Position numbers and translations under genes: made by a program. Shown here piece by piece: positions 51,238-63,246 of a stretch of DNA of 64,000 nucleotides. Source of the DNA: Octopus vulgaris (lineage: Eukaryota); NCBI GenBank assembly GCA_951406725.2, contig OX597843.1, positions 11,408,001 through 11,472,000 of the forward strand, written 5' to 3'. How positions within the stretch are numbered: position 1 is the first letter of the stretch; every line of letters starts with the position of its first letter. The notes beneath the pieces are model-generated. The model was not told the origin of the DNA. It saw only the letters and a list, made by a program, of their open reading frames with translations, and did no database searches.

Positions 51238-52544
51238 GTGAGTGTTTATTATTATCATTATTATTATTATTGGCTGAGGTCGACTTTGCCTTTCATCCTT
51301 CTGGGGTCGTTGAATTAAGTACCAGTTGAGTACTGGGGTTGGTGTAATTGACTATCCTCCTCCTCCAAATTTCACGCCTTATGCCTATAATAGAAAGGAT
51401 TATTATTATTATTATTATTATTATTATTTATTATTTATTATTGTGCAAGAAAGGCCAGTATAAATGACCAATTTTGAGGTTTCGCCTGTAATTGAAAAAG
51501 GTATTATAAAAGGAGAAAGGGGCTCTCTACCCCCCTTTTGACCAGGCTCCCATGGCTTTTATGGGTTTTTCCATGTGAGACCTTTTCTTTTTTCGAAGCG
51601 TCTTCTCTATTGGGAGTTTTTCATTGTTAAAATTTTTTATTGTTAAACTGCTTTTGACTCGGGTTTTTTTTTTCACAAACAGACAAAACCTTTAGTAACC
51701 TTTCGTCCTGTTTTGTCCCTTTATGTTTTCCAATCATATTTGTCAGCCCTTGTGGCCAATAAAAAGAATTAATTATTATTATTATTGTCATTATTGGCAG
51801 TGAGCTGGTCGAAATGCTTAGTGGCATTTCGTCTGCCGCTACATTCTCAGTTCAAATTCCGCCAAGGTCAACTTTGCCTTTCATCCTTTGAGGGTTGATA
51901 AATTAAGTACCAGTTACGCACTGGGATCAATGTAATCGACTGGTCCCCTCCCCAAAATTTCAGGCCTTGTGCCTATAATAGAAAGGATTATTATTATTGT
52001 TATTAATTTCATTTCGTCCGTCTTCACATTTTGCGTTTAAATTCTACCAAGGTCAACTTTGCCTTTCATCCTTTCGGGTCAGTAAACTAAAGTACCAGTT
52101 GAGTACTGAGGTCAGTGTAATCGATTAGCCTCCTCCCCCAAGATTCCGGTCTTGTGCCTATATTAGAAAGGATTATTATTATTATTTATAATAATATATC
52201 TTTGTTATATTGTATGTTTAGTGTTATTATGTTTATTATAAAATTATGGCAGCAAGCTGGTAGAATCGTTAGCACACTGGGAAAAATACTTAAAGATATA
52301 TTGCCAGTCACTGTTCTGAGTTCAAATTCTGCCGAGGTCGGCTTTACCTTTCATCCTTTCGGGGGAGGGGGGATCGATTAAATAAGTGCCAGTTATGCAC
52401 TGGAGTCTATCCTTGTTTGTCCCCTCTGTCTTTAGCCGCTCCCCCCTGTGGGCAATAAAGAAATAAATATTCTACGTGCTATTATTTATGGACTTCATAT
52501 CTCTTGAAGGTGCTAAATTTTTACGTTATCCGGTCCAGATTGTA

Positions 52545-53010
52545 AAGTGGCTGGCATTTGGAAGGGCATCCAGCTGTAAAAACCATGACAAACTGCCCTC
52601 ACCTGGGCTGGTGCCATGGAAAAAGCACTGAGTCTACACTGTGGGGTGGTTGGCATTTGGAAGGGCATCCAGCTGTAAAAACCATGACAAACTGACCTCA
52701 CCTGTGTTGGTGCCATGGAAAAAGCACTGAGTCTACACTGTGGGGTGGTTGGCATTTGGAAGGGCATCCAGCTGTAAAAACCATGACAAAGTGACCTCAC
52801 CTGGGCTGGTGCCATGGAAAAAGCACTGAGTCTACACTGTGGGGTGGTTGGCATTTGGAAGGGCATCCAGCTGTAAAAACCATGCCAAACTGACCTCACC
52901 TGTGCTGGTGCCATGGAAAAAGCACTGAGTCTACACTGTGGGGTGGTTGGCATTTGGAAGGGCATCCAGCTGTAAAAACCATGCCAAACTGACCTCACCT
53001 GGGCTGGTGC
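52545..53010. repeat. Tandem array, 99-bp unit, about 5 copies, in an RTE-type tail
   Basis: ggcatttggaagggcatccagctgtaaaaaccatg repeated, antisense relative of the 10222 array. Confidence 0.93.
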
Positions 53011-54081
53011 CATGTAAAAAGCACTCGGCCCAATCTGCAGGGTGGTTGGTGTTAGGAAAGGCATTCAGCTGTGAAAACCCTGCCAAAACAGGCGCTGAAG
53101 CCTAGTGCAGTCTTCTTTGCAGCTAGTCCCAGTCGAGCCTTCCAACCCATGCCAGCATGGAATGTGGACATTAAATGATGATAATGGTGATGATGATAAT
53201 AATTCTCACTGGTAAGAACAAAGCTTCTGAAAATGGCTGGAGAGAATTCGAAATGCTCTTTGGTATAATGGTAGTATATAAGGCGGCAAGCTGGCAAAAA
53301 CGTTAGCAGGACGGGCGAAATGCGTAGCCGTATTTCGTCTGCCGTTACGTTCTGAGTTCAAATTCCGCCGAGGTCGACTTTGCCTTTCATCCTTTCGGGG
53401 TCGATAAATTAAGTACCAGTTGTGCACTGGGGGTCGATGTAATCGACTTAATCCGTTTGTCCTTGTTTGTCCCCTCTGTGTTTAGCCCCTTGTGGGTAGC
53501 AAAGAAATAGGTAGTATATCAATGTTTACAGAAGATGTGGGTTCAAATCCCACCAAAAGCTTGTCTTTTTTTTTTTTTTTTACTCATCGAAGGTTGGGGT
53601 GTCCCATCAAAGGCAGGGGTTTCTCCATCAAAGTGGGGTATTTTTTTTTTCCTTTAATAATATTTTACACATTATATAGCTTTATTTACTCCAAGTTCCA
53701 CTGTTAAAACAACTTTTCGTATCTCTTGAAGTTTCTAAATTCTCATAAAAATTTCACAATTCTTACTGGTAACAACAACAAAGCACCTAAAAAAAAAGTG
53801 GAGAGACTATAAAGGATTGCTTTGGTCTAATGGTAGCATATGTCCAATTCTCATATTCACAGATGTAGGTTCAAGTTCTACTGACAGCCTTCAGCAATTT
53901 CTTCCCTCCAAGTTTTTTTTAACCCAATACAACAACCATATGTGCTGTTATCTCCACCCATGCTTCTCCTGTTTGATTAAATAATTCTATGGTCTAATGG
54001 TAGGATATCTGTCATATTCGCAGAAGATGTTGGTTCGAATTCCACAGGTAGCCTTCAACTATTTCTTCCATTCAAGTTTTT

Positions 54082-54859
54082 GGATCTTTTCGGTTTGATT
54101 GGCAGTTTTTTCTAGCGGTGTCATATGAAATTGTCACCCATAATTATGACCCTAGTATCGATCTATTGCATTTCAATCTGTTTTAGGGTTAGGGGTGGGT
54201 GGAAGGGTATCTTTTTTTCTTCAGAAATGTAAATAAACCCAATCTGTTTCTTAAACGAAGGAACATATTCATACGGCACAGAATGTTTTTTACCTCAATA
54301 GACGTCACTGATTGGTTGAAATTGCAGAAAAAAAACAACAGATATCTTACAAACCGTAGAATTTTCTCAATAAAGCCAAGAGAAAAAGATGTTTTATAAA
54401 CACATTCTACCAGTATACGAAGTTTAAAAGTGTTTAGTTGCGTGGAAATTATTTAAAAAAACTGCCGTTCAAACCGAAAAGATCCATGTTTCTTAAACGA
54501 GGAACATATTCATACGGCACAGAATGTTTTCACCTCAGTAGACATCACTGATTGGTTGAAATTGCAGAAATTTAAGAAAAAACAACAAATATCTTACAAA
54601 CTATAGAATTTTCTCAATAAAGCCAAGAGAAAAAAGATGTTTTATAAACTCATTCTACCAGTATACGAAGTTTAAAAGTGTTTAGTTAACTAGAAATTGT
54701 GTGTCGTTCAGAATGAAAAGATCCACTATAGAATTTTCTCAATAAAGCCAAGAGAAAAAGATGTTTTATTTTGACACATTCTAGCAGTATACGAAGTTTA
54801 AAAGTGTTCAGTTACGTGGAAATTATTTTAAAAGACTGCCGGTCAAACCGAAAAGATCC
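54082..54859. mobile_element. TIR element with 8-bp TSD (Merlin-like by termini), right end reiterated three times
   Basis: TIR ggatcttttcggtttga / tcaaaccgaaaagatcc, TSD aagttttt at 54074-54081 and 54860-54867. Confidence 0.75.
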
Positions 54860-54936
54860 AAGTTTTTTTTTTAACCCAGCCATGCTCCTTAATAGATTAA
54901 TAATTCTATGTGCCTATACTGTTTTGACTTTGCCAG

Positions 54937-55047
54937 GTTCACACGTCCATCCCACTAATCACCATATGATGGCATCCCAGGCTGCAGCTGCTATCCCAGT
55001 TTCAACACCTTCATCCGTTCATCCATCAGTACATTTTATTCCTCATG
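54937..55047 (+). CDS. ATXN2: Ataxin-2 coding exon (phase 1 to 1), (G)SHVHPTNHHMMASQAAAAIPVSTPSSVHPSVHFIPH
   Basis: tttgccag acceptor, g|gtgagt donor, 111 nt. IPVST resembles the ATXN2 C-terminal PIPVST. Confidence 0.9.
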
Positions 55048-57499
55048 GTGAGTATTGTTGTTGTTATTATTATTATTATTATTATTATTAAGCCAGTGAG
55101 CTGGCAGAATCATTAGCACGCCGGGCGAAATGCTTAGCAGTATTTCATCCGCCACTATGTTCTGAGTTCAAATTCCGCTGAAGTCAACTTTGCCTTTCAT
55201 CCTTTCGGGGGTCAATAAATTAAGTACCAGTTACACACTGGGGTCAGTGTAATCAACTTATTCCGCTTCTAACCTCTGCGTCTTCAAAGGTAGATTAACA
55301 AATTTCGGGCCTTGTGCCTTTTGTAGAAAGGATTATTATTATTTTTTACACAGTTTCTACTCTGAAGATTTTTGTTTCCCCTTGGCTGGCTCAATCACAT
55401 GGTTAGAGCCATACTGAAGTTTCATTTTGGACATATGTAGGTCTCGGGTGCAGTCACACACCATGGCACTGTGGCAGGTCTGCTACAGTCCAGGGCTAAC
55501 CAAAGTCTTGTTGGTAGATTTGGCTAACTGAAAGGAGCCCATCGTTTGTGTGTTGGTTTATTTACTTCCCTGTAACTTAGTGAATATCCAGCTTAGAAAT
55601 AAGTATCGGGGTTGATTTGTTTTGCAGTTCTGGGATTGAATCAAGTCACAGCTAATAAATACTGCATTGAGGTACTTTGGACCAAGTCTTTGCACTGTAG
55701 CACCTGGGTAGGATTTGCTAGACATGCTGGTATGGGTTGGACAGTTTGACAAGAGCTGCTTGGGCTCTGTATCTGATTTGGCCTGGTTTCTATAGCTGGG
55801 TGCCTTTATGCAGCTCCTGTATGGGTGCTTTTACATGGCACCGGTGCCCACAAGATTAGGAATGCTGAACTCGAGGGGGCAGCAGGGGACATACTTATAT
55901 ACAAGGACAACAACCCTTTTACTTAAGGCTAACTGACTGCATGGGTCAGGCAGTTTGAGGCAGATTCATTTTCTGTAACTAGAGGCCTGTTTTTGTCAAC
56001 AATCCTGACTTGTTTTCAAGCAAACTAATATTTTCCCCATCATCATCATTTAGCGTCCGCTTTCCATGCTAGCATGGGTTGGACGGTTCAATTGGGGTCT
56101 GGGAAGCCAGAAGGCTGCACCAGGCTCAGTCTGATCTGGCAATGTTTCTACGGCTGGATGCCCTTCCTAATGCCAACCACTCCGTGAGTGTAGTGGGTGC
56201 TTTTTACGTGCTACTGGAACAGGTGCCAGGCGGGGCTGGCAAACGGCCACGGTCGGTTGGTGCTTTTTACGTGCCACTGGCACGGAGGCCAGGCGAGGCT
56301 GGCAAACGGCCACGGTCGGATGGTGCTTTTTACGTGCCACTGGCACGGGGGCCAGGCGAGGCTGGCAAACGGCCACAGTCGGATGGTGCTTTTTACGTGC
56401 CCAGACATATTTTTGCAGAATATTGGAAATGACAGGATTGCAAGGAGAAGGAATGGCAGTCGAGGTTGGCTGTAGGGGGTTCCCTGCCCAGTCAGTATGG
56501 AGAGTGCTTATAGTCATTGGAATGAGAGGAAAGGAGCAAAGGGTGGTTGTGTGCAGGATGGGAGAAGCAGCTGAAAGAGCCCTTGTTGGTTATGGAGCCA
56601 GGAGGGTGTTACAGTTCAAGGTTGAAACACCCGATGAACATAGGATATTGACTTATGACATCAATTCCTCCTGGCCAAGCTCCATTCACTTTGGTGAATG
56701 GGAGAAAATGCCTCCTCCTAGGTGTTATTAACATACACACACGCACGTTAGGCTACCTCTATGAATGTGTGTGTGTGTGTGTGTGTGTGACCTGAGTTTA
56801 GCATTAAACTGCACCTGGTGAGGCTCCAGTCCTGGAGTTGTGGGGTATGTAGTCACCCTTTGATCTCCATTACTCCGAGGTCTATCTTTGTAACCCTGAA
56901 TGGTCAGAAAATCTGTCAGGGTCCCCTCGGTGGGTTAAATAGATTTTTGTAAGGGCAGAAAGCAGTCAGTCTAGGATAAGGAAAACCCCCAAAATGAATA
57001 CCTTCATCCCACATGCCCTAAGTGAGCACGGAAGAAAGGGTATGGCTCATGAAAGTACTATGACGTATGTCCAATGACATTGGTTCATACTATGAAGGCA
57101 ACGATTGCCTGTTTACATTCTGCTGGAGGTGGAGATAGTGGGAAATGGTGGTAGGTGGGTGTGTATAGACAGGTGTGGCTGTGTGGTAAGATGCTTGATT
57201 CCCAACCACATGGTTCTGGGTTCAGTCCCACTGGGCAAGTATCTACTACTACAGTCTCAGGCTGACCAAAGCCTGGTGAGTGGATTTGGTAAAGTGAAAC
57301 TGAAAGAAACCCATTGTGTGTTTCTGTCTGTGTTTGTCCTCCCCATGCCACTTGACAACCAGTGTTGGTGTGTTTATGTCCCTGCGGCAAACAGACCGAT
57401 AGAATAAATACTAGGCTTAAAAAGAAAAGTCCTGGGGTCGGTTTGTTCGACTAAAAACTCTCCATGGCCAAATGACTGAAGCGAGTTAGTCAGTTAGTT

Positions 57500-57945
57500 A
57501 ATTATTTGGCTCAAAAAGCAAGGCCATGTAGGGGGACATGGAGTTATGTACAGGGTGGTGTTCATGTAAAGAGTTCAGGCCACTTGAGGTCAAGGGAGAC
57601 TTTGAACTGAGCGGTCATCAGCATCTTCACCATCTCGTCTGGCAGCTTATTCCACGGATCTGCAACCCGGACGGAGAAAGCCCCTCTCGTTCGATTGAGA
57701 TGAAATCGTCGCAGATAGAGCTTTTCGGAGTGACCCCGCAGCCGATGCTCTGGAGCAGGAGTGAAGAACAGCTCTTTCGAGAGGTTACACTTTCCGCTTA
57801 TGGTGTTGCGAGCAAGAATGAGATCTCCACGGCGGCGGCGTTTTTCTAGAGAATAAAGGTCGAGCGTCTTCAGCCTTTCTTCGTAAGACAAATTCTTGAG
57901 ACCAAGAACCATGCGGGTAGCCAGCTTCTGGACTCTTCCGAGATG
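57500..57945 (-). mobile_element. CR1-clade LINE 3' fragment
   Basis: LSYEERLKTLDLYSLEKRRRRGDLI...LRGHSEKL...FSVRVADPWNKLP. A shorter 3' copy lies at about 18715-18852. Confidence 0.9.
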
Positions 57946-58076
57946 CTGTAAGACAAAAGATGTAGGCGGATCTGTATATATCCATACTGACTTGTTACAG
58001 TGTTTTCATGAATTGTTGTGTTGTGTTGTCATTGTCCGTTGTGAGTGTTGTACAGTATTGCTTTTCTCCTTTCCAG

Positions 58077-58115
58077 TCGCCAGTTATTCCGCTTCTAACC
58101 TCTGCGTCTTCAAAG
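58077..58115 (+). CDS. ATXN2: Candidate alternative exon: 39 nt (V)ASYSASNLCVFK, or 32 nt (V)IPLLTSASSK from acceptor 58083
   Basis: cttttctcctttccag acceptor, second cag 7 nt downstream, aag|gtagat donor, open in phase 1. Confidence 0.5.
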
Positions 58116-58394
58116 GTAGATTAAAAGACCGTGTTGCTCTCTCATTACCATATATTATAATAATAATAATTAATTTTGTCTTTCGTTTGTAACTTCATCT
58201 GTCTTTTACTAATCAAGAACCTAATTTTAATTTTGACGTCTTGATAATTCATTAATATATTAAGGCTAATTTTTTATTTATTTTATTTGTGGACAAGGCG
58301 AGACAATTTGCCCTGTCTTTTGGAATGGATTTTTTTTCTTTTCTTTTCACAACCAAAGCAGCAGTCTTTGTTTTATGTTGTTTTTTTTCTCCAG

Positions 58395-58407
58395 CTGTTA
58401 TCATCAG
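58395..58407 (+). CDS. ATXN2: Candidate 13-nt microexon (LLSS+g)
   Basis: Poly-T/ctccag acceptor, cag|gtgtgt donor. Restores frame when paired with 58084-58115. Confidence 0.45.
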
Positions 58408-58774
58408 GTGTGTTTTTTTTTTTTTCTTAAATATGTAGGTAGATAGAAGACTAGATTGGACCACCACTAGGACAATCTGTTCAGACCAAGCAGAATAACA
58501 TTCTTAACCAATAAAATGTTGCCACACTCCGGGATAAGCAGCTGGTGCCTATCACAGATCAAACTGATTGAAACATAGTAAAGCTAGAAATATTGTAAAA
58601 ATACAGTGTAAAGATGACCGGTTCTAATCCAGTCTGCTACAATGTACCCATCCAGGAATAAGACACCCGATTGATTATCAGAGATCAAACTGATCAAGAA
58701 ATGATGTAGATGGAAATATTGTAAATATACAGTGTAAAGATGACCGGTTCTAATCCAGTCTCATACTGTGTCCA

Positions 58775-59990
58775 AATCTAGGAATAAGATGACCAGTTCT
58801 AACCCAGCCTGGTACTGTGTCCAAATCTAGGAATAAGATGACAGGTTCTAACCCAGCCTGGTACTGTGTCCAAATCTAGGAATAAGATGGCCGGTTCTAA
58901 CCCAGCCTGGTACTGTGTCCAAATCTAGGAATAAGATGACAGGTTCTAACCCAGCCTGGTACTGTGTCCAAATCTAGGAATAAGATGACCGGTTCTAACC
59001 CAGCCTGGTACTGTGTCCAAATCTAGGATTAAGATGACAGGCTCTAACCCCGCCTGGTACTGTGTACACATCTAGGAATAAGAGACCGGTTCTAACCCCG
59101 CCTGGTACTGTGTACACATCTAGGAATAAGATGACCGGTTCTAACCCCGCCTGGTACTGTGTACACATCTAGGAATAAGATGACCGGTTCTAACCCAGCC
59201 TGGTACTGTGTACACATCTAGGAATAAGATGACCGGTTCTAACCCAGCCTGGTACTGTGTCCAAATCTAGGAATAAGATGACCGGTTCTAACCCAGCCTG
59301 GTACTGTGTACACATCTAGGAATAAGATGACAGGTTCTAACCCCGCCTGGTACTGTGTACACATCTAGGAATAAGATGACAGGTTCTAACCCAGCCTGGT
59401 ACTGTGTCCAAATCTAGGATTAAGATGACAGGTTCTAACCCAGCCTGGTACTGTGTACACATCTAGGAATAAGATGACCGGTTCTAACCAGGCCTGATAC
59501 TGTGTCCAAATCTAGGAATAAGATGACCGGTTCTAACCAGGCCTGATACTGTGTCCAAATCTAGGAATAAGATGACCGGTTCTAACCAGGCCTGATACTG
59601 TGTCCAAATCTATGAATAAGATGACAGGCTCTAACCCTGCCTGGTACTGTGTCCAAATCTAGGATTAAGATGACAGGCTCTAACCCCGCCTGGTACTGTG
59701 TCCAAATCTAGGATTAAGATGACAGGCTCTAACCCCGCCTGGTACTGTGTCCAAATCTAGGAATAAGATGACAGGTTCTAACCCAGCCTGGTACTGTGTA
59801 CACATCTAGGAATAAGATGACCGGTTCTAACCCAGCCTGGTACTGTGTCCAAATCTAGGAATAAGATGATCGGTTCTAACCCAGCCTGGTACTGTGTCCA
59901 AATCTAGGAATAAGATGACCGGTTCTAACCCAGCCTGGTACTGTGTACACATCTAGGAATAAGATGACCGGTTCTAATCTAGCCTGGGAC
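58775..59990. repeat. 41-bp minisatellite, about 30 copies
   Basis: Unit tctaggaataagatgaccggttctaacccagcctggtactgtgtccaaa-type repeated. Confidence 0.9.
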
Positions 59991-60173
59991 TATATACACA
60001 CCCAGGAATAAGACACCTGATGACTCACAGATCACTTTTTTTTTATGTTACATCTTTAAAGATGGTGGTTAATAACTTATTAACAACTCATATCAAACGT
60101 TCTTAAATATTTAATGAAATTTCTCATTGTTTTGTTTCTGATTTGGTAGATGGAAACTGAAAGAAGCCCATTG

Positions 60174-60204
<31 letters not shown>

Positions 60205-61225
60205 CTGTTTATTTCCTTGTAACTTAGCAGTTCAACAAAACAGACTGATCGAATAATTACTAGGCTTACAAATAAGTCCTATGGTCAATTTCTTCTACTT
60301 AAACCTTTTTAATGCGGTGCTCCAGCATGGCCGCAGTCACATGACTAAAACATCTGAAAGAATGTGTCTGACTGTCTCTTTGTATTTTCCCCTACCACTG
60401 CTTGATAACCAGTGTTACAGTGTTTACATCCCTGTAACTTAGCAGTTCAGTGAAAGAGACCAATAGAAGTTCTGCTGTTGATTTGTTCAACTAAAACTCA
60501 AGCCGGTGTCCCAGTATGGCCACAGTCTAACGCCTGAAACAAGTAAAAGATAAAAGATATATATATATGGGCGCAGGAGTGGCTGTGTGGTAAGTAGCTT
60601 GCTAACCAACCACATGGTTCCGGGTTCAGTCCCACTGCGTGGCATCTTGGCCAAGTGTCTTCTGCTATAGCCCCGGGCCGACCAATGCCTTGTGAGTGGA
60701 TTTGGTAGACGGAAACTGAAAGAAGCCTGTCGTATATATATATATATATGTATATGTGTCTGTGTTTGTCCCCCTAGCATTGCTTGACAACCGATGCTGG
60801 CGTGTGTACATCCCCATCACTTAGCGGTTTGGCAAAAGAGACCGATAGAATAAGTACTGGGCTTACAAAGAATAAGTCCCGGGGGTCGATTTGCTCGACT
60901 AAAAGGCGGTGCTCCAGCATGGCCGCAGTCTGAAACAAGTAAAAGAGTATATGTATTAGAAGATACCAGTTCAAGCTGCTGGGCAGTGAAACTGAACTCT
61001 AATCCACAGGGTTGCAAGACTACCTTCCTGACCACCCGGCCATACTGATGGGGAGAGAGTGGGGTACCTTTGTGAAATAACTTGCAAAAAAAAACTCTTC
61101 AGGGTATCCGCTCCAATACGGCTATCACAGTCCAGTGACGAGAGTGTATGTGTGTGTGTGTGCATGTGTAATGTTTGATGCTAATGATTATATTTTAATT
61201 AACTTTAATTCTATTTATTTTCCAG

Positions 61226-61272
61226 TACAATCCCAAGGTGCTCCTGTCCCAACGTACCAACAGAGTCAGTAA
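61226..61272 (+). CDS. ATXN2: Ataxin-2 terminal coding exon, (V)QSQGAPVPTYQQSQ*
   Basis: tttattttccag acceptor in phase 1, TAA at 61270-61272. Resembles the short vertebrate terminal exon VQAHHQQQL*. Confidence 0.8.
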
Positions 61273-63246
61273 GAAAATAGTTGCCAATTTTGAAAATGTA
61301 AGTTTATTTGGTGCTGCTGGTGGTGTTGTTGTTGTTTTAACTCCAGGGCTTTTGTCATCCAACTGATTTATGATGATCAGAAGCATTCCAACTGTGGCCA
61401 TCCTGTTTTTCTTTTATGTTCTTATTGGCTGTTGGGTTCGTCCAGGGAAAAGTCCCTTTAACCGTTTAGCATTTAAACCGGCCGTATCCGGCCAAAAGTA
61501 TTCTGCCTATTTTATGTTCAAACTGACCGGATCTGGTCTCTCACACCAACCCTACATTATTGTTCTAGAAATTAACAGCTACCTCATTAAAATCTCAAAG
61601 CTACAAGACGATACCTGATTAGTTCAAAACAATGAGGATGAAAAAGCATTAATTTTGGCAGAATAATGCGAACACTAAAGGGTTAAGATGTGTGTGCTTA
61701 CCAAAAGGTGGCAAGCTGGCAGAAACGTTTGCACGCTGGGCAAAATCCTTAGCAGTATTTCGTCTGTCTTTACGTTGAGTTCAAACTCCGCCGAGGTCGA
61801 CTTTGCCTTTCATCCTTTCGGGGTTGATAAATTAGGTACCAGTTGTACACTGGGGTCGATCTAATCGACTGGCCCCCTACCCCCAAATTTCGGGCCTTGT
61901 GCCTAGAGTAGAAAAGATCATCATCATCATCATCATCGTTTAACGTCCGCTTTCCATGCTAGCATGGGTTGGACGGTTCAACTGGGGTCTGGCAAGCCCG
62001 AAGGCTGCACCAGGCCAGTCAGATCTGGCAGTGTTTCTACAGCTGGATGCCCTTCCTAATGCCAACCACTCCGAGAGTGTAGTGGGTGATTTTATGTGCC
62101 ACCGACACAGGTGGCAGACGGCCACGCTCGGATGGTGTTTTTTATGTGCCACCGACACAGGTGCCAGACGAGGCTGGTGTGCTTATATGCATGTACATAA
62201 ATAAGCATGTGTGTGCGTGTGTATCAATGAAGGTGCATGGCCTAGTGGTCAGGGTGTTGCACTTGTGATCTAGCCAGTCGTGATTTCAATTCCGAGGCTG
62301 GGTGGTGCATTGTTTTCTTCAGCAAAACCCATCTTGTGTTGCTCTGCAATAACTTCAACACCTGATGTGTCTTCATTTGGGCACCTGTCCAGACAACACT
62401 GATTTTGGTGGTGAGAGTGAGCTACTGTGCAGCCACAAACATTTGACCACTATAATCAAATCACCTGTGTAGGTTCTTCAGCAAAAGCTGATTTATGATC
62501 ATCAGAAACATTCCAACGATGGCCATCCCTTTGTTTTTTGGGGTTTTTTTCCATAGGCGCAGGAGTGGTTGTGTGGTAAGTAGCTTGCTAACCAACCACA
62601 TGGTTCCAGGTTCAGTCCCACTGCGTGGCATCTTGGGCAAGTGTCTTCTGCTATAGCCCCGGGCCGACCAATGCCTTGTGAGTGGATTTGGTAGACGGAA
62701 ACTGAAAGAAGCCTGTCGTATATATGTGTGTGTTTGTGTGTCTGTGTTTGTCCCCCTAGCATTGCTTGACAACCGATGCTGGTGTGTTTACGTCCCTGTC
62801 ACTTAGCGGTTCGGCAAAAGAGACCGATAGAATAAGTACTGGGCTTACAAAGAATAAGTCCCGGGGTCGATTTGCTTGACTAAAAGGTGGTGCTCCAGCA
62901 TGGCTGCAGTCAAATGACTGAAACAAATGAAAGAGAGTAAAAGGATTTTAGAATTATAGATGTGTGTGTGTGTTTGTTTATATGCCTGTCTGTAAATAAG
63001 CACTGTGACCTAGCAGTCATGATTTCAATTCTTAGGCTGGGTGGTGTGTTGTTTTCTTGAGCAAAACCCATCTCACATTGCACTGTGATCACTTGGACAC
63101 CTGGCACGTGGTACACCTTGCACCTGTTCAGACAACGTCAATTTGATGGATATGTATGTAGAAATATTACCAATGTCACATGCTTACTGTATGTGTTCTG
63201 TTCTATGTGTTTATTGGCTGTCGGGTTCGTCCAGGGAAGAGTCCCT

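Noticed and set aside
54183-54194. ttagggttaggg telomere-like motif
   Set aside because: Only two units inside a TIR element, not an interstitial telomere array.
58775-59990. CRISPR-like regular repeat (also 10222-11110 and 43080-45300)
   Set aside because: Units are contiguous with no unique spacers, there are no cas genes, and the context is a eukaryotic intron.
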